Part shown: in pieces, positions 59,344 through 64,000 of the stretch | Numbering within the stretch: position 1 is the stretch's first letter | How the letters are laid out: each line of letters begins with the position of its first letter | Origin: an uncultured bacterium | GTDB lineage: Bacteria; Patescibacteriota; Minisyncoccia; Phycocordibacterales; UBA9973 | Length of the DNA stretch: 64,000 bases | Direction of reading: 5' to 3' | Assembly: GCA_903894565.1 (NCBI GenBank) | Contig: CAITQP010000006.1 | Coordinates: forward strand, 32,033-96,032 | The notes under the pieces: generated by a model | Databases searched by the model: none | Told to the model about the DNA's origin: nothing | Seen by the model: only the letters and a program-made list of their open reading frames with translations | Made by a program: the position numbers and the translations under genes

Positions 59344-60825
59344 ATGGAAAACAAAGGATCAAAACTGCGTTGGTGGATTCTCATCACCGTTATTGTCGGT
59401 ACATTCTTAGGTCGTCTTGATCAGACGATTGTGAATCTTGCGCTTCCAAAAATCATCAACGATTTTAGTATTAGCGTGAGTGCTGCTGGATGGATTGCGA
59501 CTGCTTACATTCTCGCGAATGCAGTGTTTGTGCCTATCTGGGGCAAACTCGGCGATACGATTGGCCGCAAGAAAGTGTACATGATCGGATTTGGTCTTTT
59601 TATTTTTGGATCGGTGCTTGCTGGGCTCGCGTGGAATCTTCCCTCAATGATTGTGTTTCGCGTCATTCAAGCGATTGCAGGATCAGCTGATTATCCGACA
59701 GCCATGGCAATCATCGCCGTAACATTTCGCGAAGGAAAGGAACGTGCACAAGCGCTCGGTATTTGGTCCTCATCATTTGCTGCGGCGTCGGTATTTGGCC
59801 CGCTCCTCGGTGGTCCACTGATCGACAATTTCGGCTGGCGCTCAGTGTTTTTGATCAATCTTCCAATTGGTATTCTTGGCATGCTTATGGCAATGCGATT
59901 CATTAATGAATCACGTGAAGAAAAGAAGACACATTACTTCGATTGGTGGGGTGCTTCAGTCCTTGGAGGAATGTTGTCATCACTCGTGTTGGTACTCGAC
60001 AAGGGAATGGATTGGGGCTGGATGTCAGCATCAAGTCTTATTTGTTATTTCCTTGTCGTTATTCTCACGGGAATTTTTATTCGTATCGAAAATACTGTTC
60101 CTGAACCAATCGTTGATCTGAAGTTTTTCAAAATCCCTGCGTTCGTCAATACGCTCCTCAATAATTTCGTCGTCTTTATGGGAATGATGGGTGCGCTCTT
60201 TTTGATTCCTATTTTTGCACAAACATTTCTCGGCTATGATGCGACCGAGACCGGTTATCTTTTTATGCCGATGGCCGCAGCACTCATGCTCGGAGCTCCT
60301 ATCGGGGGAGCGCTAACTGGTCGCATACAATCTCGCTATGTTATTTTTGCAAGTACACTCGTCGCCGCGGTTGGTGTATTTCTCTTTTCACATCTCGATC
60401 CTCGCTCTGGTCCGCTCGATATCATTATTCCGCTTTCGATCATGGCGTTTGGACTTGGCTTTGGAATGGCGCAACGTACCAACGTGATCGCCTCAGTCGT
60501 CGACCAACACGAAATTGGTATTGCCTCATCTGTACTTGCGCTCACGCGTAATGTCGCTGGTGCCTTTGGTATTGCGATATTTGGATCACTGCTTACGAAT
60601 CGTATCGAAGAGAATGTCCTTAGTATCAACGGGTTCAGTCATTTGTATAGCCACAAGCTTGCGGATATAAAGACATATATTGCACTCATCGAACTCAAGG
60701 CCCAGGTGAACGCGTATGACTATGTATTCCTTGTTGCTTCTGCCCTTATATTCGTTGGCTCCTTTGCTGTTTTGTTCATGAAAATCAAGAACGAAAAAAT
60801 TGGTGTGACCGTACACGTGGAATAA
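59344..60825 (+). CDS. DHA2 (EmrB/QacA) MFS transporter
   Basis: LDQTIVNLALP, GKLGDTIGRKK, GPLLGG, WRSVFLINLPIG. Confidence 0.92.
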   Translation: MENKGSKLRWWILITVIVGTFLGRLDQTIVNLALPKIINDFSISVSAAGWIATAYILANAVFVPIWGKLGDTIGRKKVYMIGFGLFIFGSVLAGLAWNLPSMIVFRVIQAIAGSADYPTAMAIIAVTFREGKERAQALGIWSSSFAAASVFGPLLGGPLIDNFGWRSVFLINLPIGILGMLMAMRFINESREEKKTHYFDWWGASVLGGMLSSLVLVLDKGMDWGWMSASSLICYFLVVILTGIFIRIENTVPEPIVDLKFFKIPAFVNTLLNNFVVFMGMMGALFLIPIFAQTFLGYDATETGYLFMPMAAALMLGAPIGGALTGRIQSRYVIFASTLVAAVGVFLFSHLDPRSGPLDIIIPLSIMAFGLGFGMAQRTNVIASVVDQHEIGIASSVLALTRNVAGAFGIAIFGSLLTNRIEENVLSINGFSHLYSHKLADIKTYIALIELKAQVNAYDYVFLVASALIFVGSFAVLFMKIKNEKIGVTVHVE

Positions 60826-60902
60826 GCGAGAAGCGATCTTTTTGTGTATAAAAAAGCGGGGGGGGATTGTAATCTCCCCGCTTTGTCGTACAATATTGAA
60901 GT

Positions 60903-63191
60903 ATGTCACTATTTGATCGAATAAAAGGCAAAACATTAGAATTAGAAGAACAAGAAAAAGAGCGTGAGCTCCAGAAGGAGCTTGAGCGTAAGGAACAGGA
61001 GAGGCTTTTAAAAGAGGCTGAGGAGAGACGAAAGCAATTGGAAGAGATCGAGAAGGCTGGAGAGAAGGAGCAACTAGATGTTGCCGAAGCTGTTCGCCAA
61101 GCCGAAGAAAAAGAGCAGCAAGAAGCAGAGATACTCCCAATTCGCCAAAAAATCAAAGAACTTCAAACTTCGATGAGTCAACTGCAACTCATTAAGAACT
61201 CTATGCAAGATCAGCATGTTGCTGATTCCGATGGAGCTTATACTGCTGAAGGAATGAAGACTTACGCCGTAAAAACGGGACAAAAATGGAGTACAAAAAA
61301 GCAAGAATTAGAAAAACTTTTCACTACAGACAAGAAGGCTCTCGATTCAATGGGCATAAAGAGTTTTGACCAGTTGGTCGGGGCAGAAGATTTTCAGGAG
61401 GAGCCAGAAATAAAAGATTACAAGCAAGCAGACAAGGAAGTTATTCATCTTCTGGGTGCGGATGAGGCTCTCGTCCATAGGCTCGGTGATCTTAAAGTTG
61501 TCCTGCCTGAAAATCAATTATTTTCATATGAGGCTGTCACAAGGGCGATTGATGCAAAAATTGAAACACTCAAAAACGAGTTAGTAGCAGAAAATCTCAA
61601 GACCCCTGAAGGAAAGGCGGAGGCTGTTAAAGCGAAAGTTGAAAAATTTGCGAACTCAATTCCTTCCATCGAATTTAAAAGAATTCCGAACCCGAAAGCC
61701 GGAGCTCCTACCGCCGAACTCCTTCTTTTTCCGAAGGATTCTGTTCGTCATGTGCCGATTGAGCTGTCGCCAAAAGGTGTTAATTTTAATAATTGGGAAA
61801 ACACACGTTTGCTCCCGCCTGAATTTGCGACAATTGAAACGGAAGTTGGTTTTTCTGTCGCACGGGCCGTGGTTCAAAAAGCGTACGAAGATAAGATTGA
61901 TAAGGCGTTCAAACACTTTGATTCGATGAACGATCAATTGGGAATTGCTCCCGAGATTTTGGCAAAGGCAGATCCTGAAAAGGCAAAAGGTGCCCAAAAA
62001 GCTTTTGACCAATTTAATACGATGTATGGTCGCGAAGCCTTTAAACAGGAAGTCGAAAATAAAAAAAAGGCAATTGAGGATAAGGGAATTAATACGCTTG
62101 GAAGATATTTGGGAGATACCAAAAACGAGTTGGCCGGTATTTCGAATGAAAAGGACCTCCTTGAGGCGTTTCGAGACACGAATCGATTTCCGCCACTCTA
62201 TGAATGGGAGTCCCTTCAGAAAAAAATCGAGAAACGCATAGAGCTCAATAAACGATTTTTGGAATCATTTGACGCTGTTTCGAACCAAGAGGAATTCAAT
62301 AATTTTATAGAGGTGACTGTGGAAGCAATCATGAAGGAGTATCGAAATAACGATAGTTTTAGTCCATATCGAGATGATTATGACGAAATGAAGGTCTCGT
62401 TTCAGAAAATTATTGGCGTTAAGTACGGGAACGGAGCACTTGAGAATATAAAAAAACAAGGAGAGAACTATTATGATATAAAGCGTTCAGTCGCGGAGAA
62501 GCAGAAAAATCTTGATGAACAAAAGGACCTTGTTTCAGAATCTCTTTCAAATGTGCTTGAAGCGAAATTGCTGCAATACGAAATGGCAAAAGTCCTGAAG
62601 GAGAATGGTTTCAAAAATTCGGTAAATGAAGAACTTAGAAGTATTGAAAACAATAGAAAGGAGGGTATCGCCATCCTCAGTGAGCTGACGAAGATAGAAC
62701 AAGGACTGCCTGAGAACGAGGAATTAAGACTCACCGGTGATTATTTGGTACGTCCAGATATCGAAAAGCAAATTTCAGAACATAAGGCCAAAATTCCCGG
62801 AAAAGAAAAGGAGCTTGCGAATGCGCAGGCTGTACTCGACGGAGAGGGATCTCGACCAAAAGTATTTGGTAGAGAAGCATGGGACATAGATCATAATCGC
62901 AGAGTGTTGGACCGTGATACCTTGAGTACGCAGCTTTTTGAGATGAAAAATACTGAGCTGAATGAGCTTAATAGGAAACGTTTGATTTCGACATCTGGGT
63001 TGAAAAACTATGTTGCCTGGGGCTCATATTCTGACTTAATAAAGAACCAGAATGTTACTGGAACAAAAGAAACAATCTTTACGGCACTTCGATCGGGAGT
63101 TGAAGTTATAATGAACAAAAAACTTCCTGAGGAAGTGATAAAACTTCAAGAAAAATACACGGAGCTCGAAAAAATAATTAATAAAAAATAA
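60903..63191 (+). CDS. large coiled-coil hypothetical protein
   Basis: E/K-rich helical 762 aa. Confidence 0.75.
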   Translation: MSLFDRIKGKTLELEEQEKERELQKELERKEQERLLKEAEERRKQLEEIEKAGEKEQLDVAEAVRQAEEKEQQEAEILPIRQKIKELQTSMSQLQLIKNSMQDQHVADSDGAYTAEGMKTYAVKTGQKWSTKKQELEKLFTTDKKALDSMGIKSFDQLVGAEDFQEEPEIKDYKQADKEVIHLLGADEALVHRLGDLKVVLPENQLFSYEAVTRAIDAKIETLKNELVAENLKTPEGKAEAVKAKVEKFANSIPSIEFKRIPNPKAGAPTAELLLFPKDSVRHVPIELSPKGVNFNNWENTRLLPPEFATIETEVGFSVARAVVQKAYEDKIDKAFKHFDSMNDQLGIAPEILAKADPEKAKGAQKAFDQFNTMYGREAFKQEVENKKKAIEDKGINTLGRYLGDTKNELAGISNEKDLLEAFRDTNRFPPLYEWESLQKKIEKRIELNKRFLESFDAVSNQEEFNNFIEVTVEAIMKEYRNNDSFSPYRDDYDEMKVSFQKIIGVKYGNGALENIKKQGENYYDIKRSVAEKQKNLDEQKDLVSESLSNVLEAKLLQYEMAKVLKENGFKNSVNEELRSIENNRKEGIAILSELTKIEQGLPENEELRLTGDYLVRPDIEKQISEHKAKIPGKEKELANAQAVLDGEGSRPKVFGREAWDIDHNRRVLDRDTLSTQLFEMKNTELNELNRKRLISTSGLKNYVAWGSYSDLIKNQNVTGTKETIFTALRSGVEVIMNKKLPEEVIKLQEKYTELEKIINKK

Positions 63192-63206
63192 AAACATTTC
63201 CGTTCT

Positions 63207-63641
63207 ATGAGAAAAGAAGTTCTTGATTTTGTCGAAACACAACGAGTGTGTGTGCTCGCGGTTGAAATGATGGATGGGTCTCCTCACGCAGCTACGGTGC
63301 ATGTGGCAAAGAATAGTAACGCGTCTGCATTTTATATTGAAACGTTTCGCTCGTATCGCAAAGCCGAAGCACTCTTTGGGCGCAGAACATCACGTGCCTC
63401 GATGGTTATTGGTTTTGACGAACTCGACATGAAAACACTTCAGATAGATGGGGAAGTTCGGTTGCTCGAAACAGAATTGGAAAAAACTGAGTTTGAGAAA
63501 TACTATTTTGAAAAATTTCCAAACAAGAAGACAAGTACTCCAAATCCAGATTTCGTCCCCTTTATATTCGTTCCCTCGTGGTGGCGATTTACTGATTGGA
63601 CTGATCCGAGTGGAAAAATTGTTTATAACACTGTTTCGTAG
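63207..63641 (+). CDS. pyridoxamine 5'-phosphate oxidase-like (split barrel) protein
   Basis: VLAVEMMDGSPHAATV, TLQIDG, WWRFTDW. Confidence 0.75.
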   Translation: MRKEVLDFVETQRVCVLAVEMMDGSPHAATVHVAKNSNASAFYIETFRSYRKAEALFGRRTSRASMVIGFDELDMKTLQIDGEVRLLETELEKTEFEKYYFEKFPNKKTSTPNPDFVPFIFVPSWWRFTDWTDPSGKIVYNTVS

Positions 63642-63680
63642 ATAGTTTCCAGAGACCCGTTTTTTGCGTATACTAGTCGT

Positions 63681-64000
63681 ATGTTGAAACTAAAAGAAGC
63701 ACAATGCGTGAGTTGTGAAGGGGGAGTGGAACCACTCGCAAAGTCTGCGGTCACACGTCTCATGACTGAGCTTACTGGCTGGATGCTCTTGAAGGATGGA
63801 CGATCGATTGAGAAAAACGTAGAATTCAAGAACTTCGACAAGGCGATGGATTTTGTTAACCTTGTTGCTGATCTTGCAGAATTCGCAGGACATCATCCTG
63901 ATATTGATATTCGGTATAACAAAGTAAAGCTCGTACTTTCGACTCATGCGATTGGAGGGCTTTCTCAAAATGATTTTATTCTCGCGTCGAAGATTGATAC
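63681..64000 (+). CDS. pterin-4-alpha-carbinolamine dehydratase, running off the window end (not in the ORF track)
   Basis: Own translation: MLKLKEAQCVSCEGG...AEFAGHHPDIDIRYNKV...THAIGGLSQNDFILASKID. Confidence 0.9.
   Translation, partial: MLKLKEAQCVSCEGGVEPLAKSAVTRLMTELTGWMLLKDGRSIEKNVEFKNFDKAMDFVNLVADLAEFAGHHPDIDIRYNKVKLVLSTHAIGGLSQNDFILASKID

Noticed and set aside
1-64000. Alternative genetic code (TGA=Gly) or prophage
   Set aside because: Conserved genes are full length under code 11 with TGA stops (e.g. pilM); no capsid, terminase or tail genes recognised.

Overview
Bacterial chromosomal window, standard genetic code. Gene content, frequent leaderless-looking starts, a pilM-N-O cluster, TrmB-like regulators and a Cys-rich hypothetical suggest Patescibacteria/CPR, probably Parcubacteria (inference from content only). 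The backbone carries apbE plus an RnfD/NqrB-FNR fusion, mutM, ruvA, rpsT, pyrE/pyrD, comF, fumC, yhhQ, ruvX, pilM, rplS, msrB/msrA, a MarR-Emr-type efflux operon and five tRNAs (Arg-GCG, Ser-TGA, Arg-TCT, Val-TAC, Leu-GAG). Accessory DNA abuts the 3' ends of three tRNAs. (1) tRNA-Ser island, ~24.1-31.3 kb: large serine recombinase (LSR), Shedu-like and HEPN-like genes. (2) tRNA-Arg island, ~39.5-47.6 kb: paralogous LSR, an internal 40-bp direct repeat, Fic and primase-helicase genes. (3) tRNA-Leu region, ~50.0-55.1 kb: an integrase-less tandem array of units delimited by a repeated 'tail-GCAC-hairpin' junction. Both LSR islands start with a degenerate tRNA 3'-end copy followed by covarying TGNNACA/TGTNNCA repeat modules. 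Together these suggest an integron-like, tRNA-targeted cassette-stacking system possibly driven by serine recombinases. The Arg island also holds an Ile-rich leader-peptide attenuator followed by a ~190-nt multi-hairpin RNA candidate. All product calls come from motif recognition by eye; no searches were run.
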